Source: a virus (Duplodnaviria > Caudoviricetes). Taken from it: a stretch of DNA of 52,932 nt. The DNA is taken from the IMG/VR virus record IMGVR_UViG_3300046170_000229, positions 1-52,932 of that record. One strand, written 5' to 3'. The position numbers were made by a program, and so were the translations under genes. The notes beneath the pieces are model-generated. The model was not told the DNA's origin. It searched no databases and saw only the letters and a list, made by a program, of their open reading frames with translations. Positions 19,625-26,872 of the stretch are shown here, piece by piece (position 1 is the first letter of the stretch; each line of letters starts with the position of its first letter).

Positions 19625-19794
19625 TACCTACTCCTCTCTTCAAATATTCTATGTACTACATCATAGAACATAGCATCTATAGTTTCTATACCTAAGTCAT
19701 ATTTTTCTACTAGATTAGAAAAGTCAGCCATAGACATACCTTCTAATTCATCTTTAATACTTTCTAGTACTTCTTCATTCTGTTGATTACTCAT
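19624..19794 (-). CDS. Small acidic protein (56 aa, not in ORF track)
   Basis: MSNQQNEEVLESIKDELEGMSMADFSNLVEKYDLG...; fills the gap with overlaps at both ends. Confidence 0.7.
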   Translation of the reverse strand: MSNQQNEEVLESIKDELEGMSMADFSNLVEKYDLGIETIDAMFYDVVHRIFEERSR

Positions 19795-20005
19795 CTACAA
19801 ATAACCCACCTTTGCTTATTCCAAATACTAAATAGTCCTTCATGTATTCCCCATATCTTGAGGATTCATAATCATCATGAGTTATTTGTATTCTTACCGT
19901 CCAATACTTATCTGCATCAACAGATAAAGATTTTTGAATTTGAACACCACTTACATGATGATTTTTAGGTATAACTTTTTTAATATCACGCATTGTTATC
20001 TTCAT
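19787..20005 (-). CDS. Small hypothetical protein
   Basis: GAAAGGA upstream; tight operon packing. Confidence 0.6.
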   Translation of the reverse strand: MKITMRDIKKVIPKNHHVSGVQIQKSLSVDADKYWTVRIQITHDDYESSRYGEYMKDYLVFGISKGGLFVDE

Positions 20006-20171
20006 TCCTTTCTAATAGTGTTGCGTATTGATAATCAACTTCATCTATTTCTAAGTCACCACTAATATCTAGACCACCTTTTTCCTGTAGTATTTTTCTA
20101 GCTTCATCTTCATTTTGTGCTTGTATTTCATAAGTGTATGCACAAGGTACTGCAAATTTAAATGTTGTCAT
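19986..20171 (-). CDS. Small acidic hypothetical protein
   Basis: YEIQAQNEDEA motif resembling 18488..18679. Confidence 0.65.
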   Translation of the reverse strand: MTTFKFAVPCAYTYEIQAQNEDEARKILQEKGGLDISGDLEIDEVDYQYATLLERNEDNNA

Positions 20172-20376
20172 CTTTCTGTTCCTTTTTTAATTGGGTGATT
20201 AACTTTGATAACTCATTATTTGTACCAATAAGATTGTTTACAACATTATTAATATGTTCTTTCTCATTCCTATGAAAATGAGGATGGTGTTGCATCCACG
20301 CATAAGCAATGATATCTGACAAATAATCTTGTGTATCTCTCATTACTTTTCTTGCTTCTTTTAATGTATCAATCAT
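20158..20376 (-). CDS. Small hypothetical protein
   Basis: GAGG SD; ATGA overlap. Confidence 0.65.
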   Translation of the reverse strand: MIDTLKEARKVMRDTQDYLSDIIAYAWMQHHPHFHRNEKEHINNVVNNLIGTNNELSKLITQLKKEQKDDNI

Positions 20377-20564
20377 TTTCCAACCTCAACAAATAATTTA
20401 CCACCTAAATAATTTAAATTATTACTCATGATGTATTCTTTTGCTCTATCAGCTACATCACCCCCTTCAGGAATACAAAAAGGGATTGTAGCTTTACCTA
20501 GTAATTCGTTATCCAAAGCGATAACGTAAATATAACGTACTGTTTTTTCTGATTTTTTAGACAT
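20373..20564 (-). CDS. Small hypothetical protein
   Basis: AGAAAGG SD directly after palindrome copy 5. Confidence 0.7.
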   Translation of the reverse strand: MSKKSEKTVRYIYVIALDNELLGKATIPFCIPEGGDVADRAKEYIMSNNLNYLGGKLFVEVGK

Positions 20565-20576
20565 AATTACCTTTCT

Positions 20577-20592
20577 CTTAACACGTGTTAAG
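20577..20592. repeat. Palindrome copy 5, CTTAACACGTGTTAAG
   Basis: Perfect 16 bp, between promoter and SD. Confidence 0.95.
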
Positions 20593-20603
20593 TATAAGGG
20601 TGC

Positions 20604-20631
20604 ATTATAAAATACACCCTTGCTAAATCAA
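20604..20631 (-). promoter_or_regulatory. Candidate promoter TTGATT-N16-TATAAT
   Basis: Perfect -10; overlapped by inverted repeat 20596-20621. Confidence 0.65.
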
Positions 20632-20633
20632 AT

Positions 20634-21533
20634 TTAAGCTACTTGTAATAAGTTATTCCACTCATTACTACCCAAAGCTTTAGTGATAGATGCTTGTCTA
20701 GTCATCTGATACTTTGGTGTTCTAGCTTTACCATTGAAGTTGTGAGTAGCCCAATGAGTCATGGTGTTGTATAAAGACCATACTGTATTACCCCACCTAT
20801 CCTTCTCTCTTGAGAATAAGTGATTTAAAGTTTCTAATCTTTTCTGATTAACTTTATTGGCAGTATGTTTTGAGCCTCTACACATAGTGTTCTTAAAGAA
20901 GGTACTAGCATAATCTAGTCGAGGTAATTCTTTAACACCCCATGTAGACATTCTATTGGCTTGAAGCAGATAGTTATCTACTAATCTTCCAATATCATTA
21001 ACTAATTCCAAGTCTTGTAAGTTCTTTGTATGCTTACCATAATGTTTGACAAATGCTTTACCATTAAACACTTGTAAGTTGGCACAATAACCACCATAGC
21101 CACCAAAGACAAAGTGAAATGCCATTTTCATATTGTAAGAATTGAAAATATCAAATCTTAAATACTGAAAGTCATCCCCATTCTTTGTAGGAATATGCAC
21201 TTTGTATTGGTCATCTTTACAAACAATAGTTCTCTTTACTAATGCACCACTATCAAACACTTGGTCAGTGACATCAATGTTATTGAACTCACGATAAGAG
21301 TTATCTAGTTCTCTATTGACTGTTTGATACAAGTCTTTGTGATTAAGTAGCTTGTAATTCTTACCTACTATGGCAATTGTTTTCTTTTCATCAGTCCTGA
21401 ATACTGCTCTACCTACTTCTTCAGGTACAGTTCTTACACCTGTATCAGGTCTGTATGTTTGTATTGGTAGTAAGGTCACAGGAAAATCAAATTTCTCTGT
21501 GAGTAGTTTTATCTTTGCTTCGTTGCTTAACAT
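20634..21533 (-). CDS. DUF932/DUF945-family protein
   Basis: VGKNYKLLNH; FNSYN...CANLQ; HTKN; TVWSLYNTMTHWATH; SD places the start at 21533. Confidence 0.8.
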   Translation of the reverse strand: MLSNEAKIKLLTEKFDFPVTLLPIQTYRPDTGVRTVPEEVGRAVFRTDEKKTIAIVGKNYKLLNHKDLYQTVNRELDNSYREFNNIDVTDQVFDSGALVKRTIVCKDDQYKVHIPTKNGDDFQYLRFDIFNSYNMKMAFHFVFGGYGGYCANLQVFNGKAFVKHYGKHTKNLQDLELVNDIGRLVDNYLLQANRMSTWGVKELPRLDYASTFFKNTMCRGSKHTANKVNQKRLETLNHLFSREKDRWGNTVWSLYNTMTHWATHNFNGKARTPKYQMTRQASITKALGSNEWNNLLQVA

Positions 21534-21556
21534 ATATTTACCTTTCTTTGTTAAGA

Positions 21557-21576
21557 TACTTAACACGTGTTAAGTA
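21557..21576. repeat. Palindrome copy 6, TACTTAACACGTGTTAAGTA
   Basis: Perfect 20 bp. Confidence 0.95.
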
Positions 21577-21583
21577 ATTTATT

Positions 21584-21610
21584 AAAGTGGGGAGTTGGTA
21601 GACCCCCCAC
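21584..21610 (-). terminator. Probable intrinsic terminator
   Basis: GTGGGGGGT-CTACCA-ACTCCCCAC-TTT (short U tract). Confidence 0.6.
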
Positions 21611-21673
21611 AACTTATATACACAAACTAATTTCACAAGAGTACTCTCTTGCTACGATTAAATTTGTATTTTA

Positions 21674-21701
21674 ATATTATTGAAAAACCCTGTTAAATCA
21701 A
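21674..21701 (-). promoter_or_regulatory. Candidate promoter TTGATT-N16-TAATAT
   Basis: Shares TTGA(C/T)TTAACAGGG with 18223-50. Confidence 0.5.
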
Positions 21702-21806
21702 GGGGATATTACAATAAATTCAACACTTTTGCATACCTGTTATGTTAGATAAACAATAGTGTCTTCCACCACCAACACTATAATAGTAATTAATGGGGGT
21801 GAAACT

Positions 21807-21989
21807 ATGAATGGCGTATTTACAAATACTAAAAAATCTATTAATTTTTTCCTTAACTGTTTCAGTTTTTTTGATAATTACGAAGACCATGTCAAAAGAT
21901 TTGTTGAAGTCGAATTCAAACCAAATGACAGGCAGTGGGCTTATGAACAGGTCAAAGCTAGAAACATTAGAAAAAAATCTAATAGTTAA
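21807..21989 (+). CDS. Small counter-oriented gene (60 aa) within the early arm
   Basis: GGGGTG SD-like; own TATAAT at 21779-84; converges on 21986..22165. Confidence 0.6.
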   Translation: MNGVFTNTKKSINFFLNCFSFFDNYEDHVKRFVEVEFKPNDRQWAYEQVKARNIRKKSNS

Positions 21990-22165
21990 GAGTTATTAGA
22001 CTTCATGTATTCCTTATTATTTTTATCGGTAATACGTTGGTCTAATAATAATCTAGGCTCGTGTGTTCCATGATAATTAACATTAGATTTAAGAAATACT
22101 TTCTCACCACTACTGTTGATTACATGGCAACCACACCTATAATATAATACTTTTTTATTTTTCAT
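21986..22165 (-). CDS. Small hypothetical protein (59 aa, not in ORF track)
   Basis: AGGAG SD; MKNKKVLYYRCGCHVINSSGEKVF... Confidence 0.6.
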   Translation of the reverse strand: MKNKKVLYYRCGCHVINSSGEKVFLKSNVNYHGTHEPRLLLDQRITDKNNKEYMKSNNS

Positions 22166-22174
22166 AATACTCTC

Positions 22175-22864
22175 CTAATGTGTAATAAATAATACACTCT
22201 TTACTTCCTTATTCCAACAAAGGGTACACGTACCACAACTAGCAGTCTTGCCTAATTGTTCGGGGCAAGTGATACCTTCATCTGTTAACTCTTTACTATT
22301 GGCAGATAACTTATCTTCCACCATATCTGAGAAACGTACAGAAAATCTATCCCACATCTTATCTCTCAAATTCTTTATAGCTTTACCTATATTCCTTTCT
22401 TCTTTCCAACCAATACCCACATTACGAATATCATGATACTGTCTATTCCAATGGTGATGAGTATAGCCATAGCAAGACAGATTAGGAAAAGTCAGTAATG
22501 CCATTCTCCAAAAGTCCACATACTCTACACTAGGAAAGTCACCACCAACATGAAGTCGAACAAGAAAACCTTGTTGATGTTTCTTGTCTAGCTTCATCAG
22601 TTCTTTCCATAGCCTTGTCATCAAAGATTTAGAATACTTAAATCGATGAGCAAAAGGCATGTTATCGTCATAGCAATTCTCCCAATGATAACAACTACTT
22701 GGGCAATTCTTTCTTACTTCTAAATGTAATGTGTAAATAGGCTTACCTTTGTGTCTACCTTTGGTCACCCACTTACCAAGTTTTTTATTGGTGCTACGTT
22801 TTAACAAATCAAACTTGTAGTTCGTTGCACCAAAGACGTTTCGTATATACTTACAACCATTCAT
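22175..22864 (-). CDS. GP88-like (radical-SAM-related, Cys-rich) phage protein
   Basis: TNKKLGK; CPSSCYHWENCY; VRLHVGGDF; YGYT; CPEQ....SCGTCTLCW. Confidence 0.75.
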   Translation of the reverse strand: MNGCKYIRNVFGATNYKFDLLKRSTNKKLGKWVTKGRHKGKPIYTLHLEVRKNCPSSCYHWENCYDDNMPFAHRFKYSKSLMTRLWKELMKLDKKHQQGFLVRLHVGGDFPSVEYVDFWRMALLTFPNLSCYGYTHHHWNRQYHDIRNVGIGWKEERNIGKAIKNLRDKMWDRFSVRFSDMVEDKLSANSKELTDEGITCPEQLGKTASCGTCTLCWNKEVKSVLFITH

Positions 22865-22894
22865 AATAGTTCCTTTCATTGTTATAATAGTATT

Positions 22895-22912
22895 ACTTAA
22901 CACGTGTTAAGT
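22895..22912. repeat. Palindrome copy 7, ACTTAACACGTGTTAAGT
   Basis: Perfect 18 bp, 4 nt after the upstream stop. Confidence 0.95.
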
Positions 22913-22916
22913 CACG

Positions 22917-23423
22917 TCATCTATCTATCTTGTAATAGAAATAGTTTTCTAAATCCTCAAAGAACTGGCATATTGCAAACCAATTCCTAGACAAATAGCT
23001 TCTGTTATCCCATTCTATTTCTGTTCTGCACCCACAAGACAGAGCAAAATATCTTCTTACCTTGTCAATTATACTTCTCTCTTGATATCGGATACCGTTC
23101 CACCACCAAATGTCCTGTATTTCTTTCTGTAACATAGCTGTCCACAACTCAATACTTTCCTTGTCATTTTTTTCTTTAGCTATATCAAGACACTTTTGTC
23201 TATCAGACAACTGTTTTTCTATGGTGTCATGACGAACTTTTACCTTATCTGTTTTTGGCATTTTTGTATCGTCACTGCGATTTAAGTATGTTTTCTGTGC
23301 ATCTTTTAAATCACCTGTCATGGTTATAGCACTCCAAACATTCTCATAATTAAATACATCTTTATGTATCCATAGTCTTATTTTCATAAAGACATAATTT
23401 AAAAAAGTATAAACGTACTTCAT
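22917..23423 (-). CDS. Hypothetical protein
   Basis: 168 aa, Trp-rich, ATGA overlap. Confidence 0.7.
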   Translation of the reverse strand: MKYVYTFLNYVFMKIRLWIHKDVFNYENVWSAITMTGDLKDAQKTYLNRSDDTKMPKTDKVKVRHDTIEKQLSDRQKCLDIAKEKNDKESIELWTAMLQKEIQDIWWWNGIRYQERSIIDKVRRYFALSCGCRTEIEWDNRSYLSRNWFAICQFFEDLENYFYYKIDR

Positions 23424-23677
23424 GCTACTTTTCCTTCCTTGTTTGATACTTTGAATATAAATATGCTTAAAGGTAGAAATCCTGTTTCAAACATACTACC
23501 TTCGAGCATAAGTCCATTATCCATTTTAGATACCAATTCTTTAATATCTTTCTTATTTAATGTAAAAGGTAAAAAACCTACCTTGTTGTAAGTTTCATCA
23601 TAGCTATGAACAAACATAACTTTCTTTGCTCTTCTAAGATGTTCTTGCTTAATAGGTGTCCATTTTAATTTAGTCAT
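23420..23677 (-). CDS. Hypothetical protein
   Basis: Coupled ORF. Confidence 0.65.
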   Translation of the reverse strand: MTKLKWTPIKQEHLRRAKKVMFVHSYDETYNKVGFLPFTLNKKDIKELVSKMDNGLMLEGSMFETGFLPLSIFIFKVSNKEGKVA

Positions 23678-23885
23678 CTAATGCCACCTTTGTTATCTCA
23701 TAACCTCTCCAACGAGGGTGGCTACCTGCTGACCAAAACTCAAGGCTAGACTCAAATTCATCTTGTGCCTCAAAGAAATCTTTTGCACTTATTCTTTCAA
23801 TAATTCTACCAAATGAATCATAGTTCTCATCATCAGGTTTCTGTTTACTCTTAATGCTATATTTAGCTTCACATACAAATATCAT
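23670..23885 (-). CDS. Hypothetical protein
   Basis: AGAAAGGA SD. Confidence 0.7.
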   Translation of the reverse strand: MIFVCEAKYSIKSKQKPDDENYDSFGRIIERISAKDFFEAQDEFESSLEFWSAGSHPRWRGYEITKVALDD

Positions 23886-23923
23886 GTTAATTCCTTTCTT
23901 TGTTTGTGTTGTTATTGTTAATC

Positions 23924-23941
23924 ACTTAACACGTGTTAAGT
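23924..23941. repeat. Palindrome copy 8, ACTTAACACGTGTTAAGT
   Basis: Perfect 18 bp. Confidence 0.95.
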
Positions 23942-23974
23942 AAGGGAGGTTCAAAGGAGGGATAGAGAAATATA

Positions 23975-23988
23975 TAACACGTGTTAAG
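23975..23988. repeat. Palindrome copy 9, TAACACGTGTTAAG
   Basis: 12-bp perfect core, right arm canonical. Confidence 0.9.
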
Positions 23989-24236
23989 CTAAGCAGTCAT
24001 TGTGTTGGAGATAAATACACTAATCGTGCCTAGCATTATAATATCAAAGGTAGTTTCTTAAGTCCAGTCGGATACAGGCTATAAACGTTGATAAATAAGG
24101 ATTGTAGAGGTTTGGAAATGTTTGGAAGTTTTGCCACGATATTCAGAGCAGGTTCGTGAGCAGTTTTGGTTCGTTCCGTTCGTTCGGGTTCAGTCGATAG
24201 TTCCAAAGGAACGATAGTTCCACAGAAATTTTAGAC

Positions 24237-24268
24237 AAAAAAAAACCCCCCAGATTTCTCTGAGGGGT
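24237..24268 (-). terminator. Strong intrinsic terminator
   Basis: ACCCCTCAGA-GAAA-TCTGGGGGGT plus long T run, 19 nt after the ORF stop. Confidence 0.9.
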
Positions 24269-24287
24269 CTTAAGATTTATTGATTAA

Positions 24288-25019
24288 TTATCTGAAGTTT
24301 ACAGTCTTAGGCATTTCGACAATACCTTTCATTTGAGGATTTGGCTCTTCTTCATTTTCTGCAGTTCTTGAATCTACCACACTTTCCAAAGTGTTTAGTA
24401 AATCTGTTAAATCCTCTAAGTCTAGATTTTGTAAAAACTGAGGATTATCTTTTAAATAGTCTAAAGACTCCCTAGCTTTTGATAGAGTGGCTACTTCATT
24501 TTTCTTGGTGTCTCTATTTCTAGTCTTGTTTTTCTTATCCATATCTTTGACAGATAATACATTTTTCTTTGCATCTAAAATTTGAGCAGTTTTTTCATCA
24601 ATGCTAAATTTAGGATTTTCAAAAAGAATTATTGAAGCGTCAATTATTCTTTTCATTGCCATAACAAAAGAGTGTAATTGCTTAGACTTATCATAACCAG
24701 TGAAATGGTAAAGAGCATTTCTTAACTGGTCTTTTGATAGTACTAGATTATTTTTCTTAGCCTCAGTAATCATTTGAACAGTTAATTTAAGTAATGCGAT
24801 TTTTTGAGATACTGATTTTTTTTCCGCATTTTCAAAAGTCTTTATTAATCCCTTACCTACTGAAAAAATTTCAGTCAAAGTCTTTTCAGAATAATAATTT
24901 TTCTGAAGTTCTTTAGGCAATTTTAAAGCTTTTGCCTTTACTGATTTTTTAGCCACTTTTGAAGCATGGCTAGAAGTTGATTTCTTTACAGTCTTTTTAG
25001 TGTTTTTCTTGTTTGTCAT
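24288..25019 (-). CDS. First early gene, monocistronic; Lys-rich N-terminus, function unknown
   Basis: GAAAGGA SD; own terminator; 243 aa. Confidence 0.8.
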   Translation of the reverse strand: MTNKKNTKKTVKKSTSSHASKVAKKSVKAKALKLPKELQKNYYSEKTLTEIFSVGKGLIKTFENAEKKSVSQKIALLKLTVQMITEAKKNNLVLSKDQLRNALYHFTGYDKSKQLHSFVMAMKRIIDASIILFENPKFSIDEKTAQILDAKKNVLSVKDMDKKNKTRNRDTKKNEVATLSKARESLDYLKDNPQFLQNLDLEDLTDLLNTLESVVDSRTAENEEEPNPQMKGIVEMPKTVNFR

Positions 25020-25056
25020 TTTTATATCCTTTCAAAGATATTTGTTAATTAAGAAT

Positions 25057-25084
25057 ATTATGCACTTTTGGGATGTTAATACAA
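25057..25084 (-). promoter_or_regulatory. Candidate promoter TTGTAT-N16-CATAAT
   Basis: Just upstream of the SD of 24288..25019. Confidence 0.45.
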
Positions 25085-25127
25085 ATAAATAATAAGGGTA
25101 ATTTAAGGGCTATAAACAAGGATAATA

Positions 25128-25145
25128 ACTTAACACGTGTTAAGT
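25128..25145. repeat. Palindrome copy 10, ACTTAACACGTGTTAAGT
   Basis: Perfect 18 bp. Confidence 0.95.
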
Positions 25146-25229
25146 AAATCCATATTGAAAGTACATAAGTTATATTTTTTCTCTATCCCTATTAACTCCC
25201 AGTTATAAAACTACTTAAAATATTATTAG

Positions 25230-25245
25230 CTTAACACGTGTTAAG
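25230..25245. repeat. Palindrome copy 11, CTTAACACGTGTTAAG
   Basis: Perfect 16 bp. Confidence 0.95.
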
Positions 25246-25515
25246 TAATTTATTTCTATTAATAATAATTATTTATTTGATTACTGTTTGTTTATTTAAA
25301 AAATATTTATCCTACTGGGAAAATAATTAATAATGCTATAGGGTGTGCAGGTGGTATAGGGGGGTATGTATACTTACATATACGTCAACGTACTAAAAAT
25401 TCAGGATAGGTATTGAAACTACTTTTGGCATGACTTAAGGATGTCCTTAAGGGTATACATTGCGAGTATATTTGAGGGTATTATAGACGTACGTACGGGG
25501 CATAGCCCAATTACT

Positions 25516-25543
25516 ATTATAATACCCTATGCAGTTTTGTCAA
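25516..25543 (-). promoter_or_regulatory. Consensus sigma70 promoter TTGACA-N16-TATAAT (leftward)
   Basis: Both hexamers perfect on the minus strand. Confidence 0.75.
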
Positions 25544-25557
25544 TGATAAAATTTTGT

Positions 25558-25585
25558 TTGACAGAATAGTGACCAACACTATAAT
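25558..25585 (+). promoter_or_regulatory. Consensus sigma70 promoter TTGACA-N16-TATAAT (rightward)
   Basis: Both hexamers perfect; heads the plus-strand arm. Confidence 0.8.
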
Positions 25586-25734
25586 TAAAAGAATATGATT
25601 TATTTATATCCAAAGGGTCACACATCTTTAAGTGTTCATATGTTTATGAAGTTATATACTAAGGGCTTTCACGGAATCATATAAATCATATCCAAAAATT
25701 TATCAAAAAGGAGTGAAACTACACTGTAAAAACC

Positions 25735-25914
25735 ATGGCAGCAAAATCAACAGTTAATAAAGCAGGTAATTATACCAAGCCCGGAATGAGAAAACAACAG
25801 TTTCAACGTATTAAATCAGGTTCTAAGGGTGGTAGACCCGGACAATGGTCCGCTAGGAAAGCACAGCTTCTTGCATCGGCTTATAAGAAAGCCGGTGGAG
25901 GGTATAAGTCCTAG
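25735..25914 (+). CDS. Small basic protein, DUF5872 N-terminal-like (59 aa, not in ORF track)
   Basis: NYTKP...GSKGGRPGQWSARKAQLLASAYKKAGGGY. Confidence 0.8.
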   Translation: MAAKSTVNKAGNYTKPGMRKQQFQRIKSGSKGGRPGQWSARKAQLLASAYKKAGGGYKS

Positions 25915-25929
25915 CTGTAACCTTCTTAT

Positions 25930-26253
25930 TTGCCTAAAAAAGCACTATATAAAGTTTATATAACATATTATGAGACAGGAGAATATTATATTGGTGTTAC
26001 ATCCAAATCAGGTGTACACTTTGATAATTATTATGGCTCTAATACTACAGATTTAAAAATATCTCATAAAGAGACACTATTTTATACACACAATAAATCA
26101 GATGCCAAGTTAATGGAACTGATTTATCAATTACGTAGTTTTGAAGATAAGAAGTGTTTGAACAAAATGCTTAATATACGTCTCAGAAGAGACTTCATAA
26201 AAAAAATACCGAGGTTTACAATAAAAATAAAAGATGGCATTTCTCGTAGCTAA
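25930..26253 (+). CDS. GIY-YIG-like nuclease domain protein
   Basis: KVYIT....EYYIGVT......YYGS; TTG start uncertain. Confidence 0.55.
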   Translation: MPKKALYKVYITYYETGEYYIGVTSKSGVHFDNYYGSNTTDLKISHKETLFYTHNKSDAKLMELIYQLRSFEDKKCLNKMLNIRLRRDFIKKIPRFTIKIKDGISRS

Positions 26254-26872
26254 TGTACCACCCACAAAAGTATGGGTAAAAAAACAATATCTCTATGACC
26301 ACCAAAAGGGTCATGGTGAATTTGTAGAAGGTATATGGGTTACTTGTAAATCTATAGAAGGTAGAGCATTATATTTTGAAACATACTTACCGGAGTATGG
26401 GGCATTATATGATAAACTGCCTATTTCTGCTTTTGTATCTGAACCTACAGATTTAGATTTAACATTAGAAGAACTAGAACTATGGGATGCCTTTAGTTAT
26501 CACATGACTGTGGTTACTAAATCTAGTATATCAGGATGTAAAGCTAAGTATCTAGCCCCATCAAAGAATTGGTATATGGGAGAATATTTATTTACTATTG
26601 ATAATTGTCATCCTGATGCCAATATTATGAATAGTGGGTATTCAGAAATACCAGAGGAACACAAATCATTCAATATATTAGGATTAGATAATGGTCACTT
26701 TGCAGCACAACCTAATAACAGATGTTTGTTTTATGACAAATCCTTAACACCCGCAGAATTAAAGACACCAGATTTTAAAGTATCCACAATAGAATACAAT
26801 GTGGAAACAGAAAGTAAGTGGACAGCAGGTGATGATACAAATTATTTTTATAACATTAAAGAACAGAAGTAA
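26234..26872 (+). CDS. Conserved marine phage hypothetical protein
   Basis: LYDHQKGHGEF...YGALYDKLPISAF...EHKSFN...FAAQPNNR. Confidence 0.8.
   Translation: MAFLVANVPPTKVWVKKQYLYDHQKGHGEFVEGIWVTCKSIEGRALYFETYLPEYGALYDKLPISAFVSEPTDLDLTLEELELWDAFSYHMTVVTKSSISGCKAKYLAPSKNWYMGEYLFTIDNCHPDANIMNSGYSEIPEEHKSFNILGLDNGHFAAQPNNRCLFYDKSLTPAELKTPDFKVSTIEYNVETESKWTAGDDTNYFYNIKEQK

Noticed and set aside
21723-21750. dif-like XerD arm TTATGTTAGAT
   Set aside because: No XerC arm at the required 6-bp spacing
21760-21775. TCCACCA resembling a tRNA/tmRNA 3' end or attP
   Set aside because: No T-arm or acceptor stem upstream; no integrase
21811-21999. Alternate-frame 62-aa plus-strand ORF
   Set aside because: Overlaps 21807..21989, which has better SD spacing and more protein-like sequence
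17402-22903. ORF-track starts MLS... at the GTG inside palindromes (17402, 19038, 21566, 22903)
   Set aside because: A strong SD and ATG lie downstream in each case; only 4 of 7 gene-proximal copies are in frame, which is compatible with chance
17394-25245. Palindromes as a CRISPR array or as hairpin telomere sites
   Set aside because: Spacing is irregular (tens of bp to 1.5 kb) with whole genes between copies; no cas operon or protelomerase; a telomere site would be single copy
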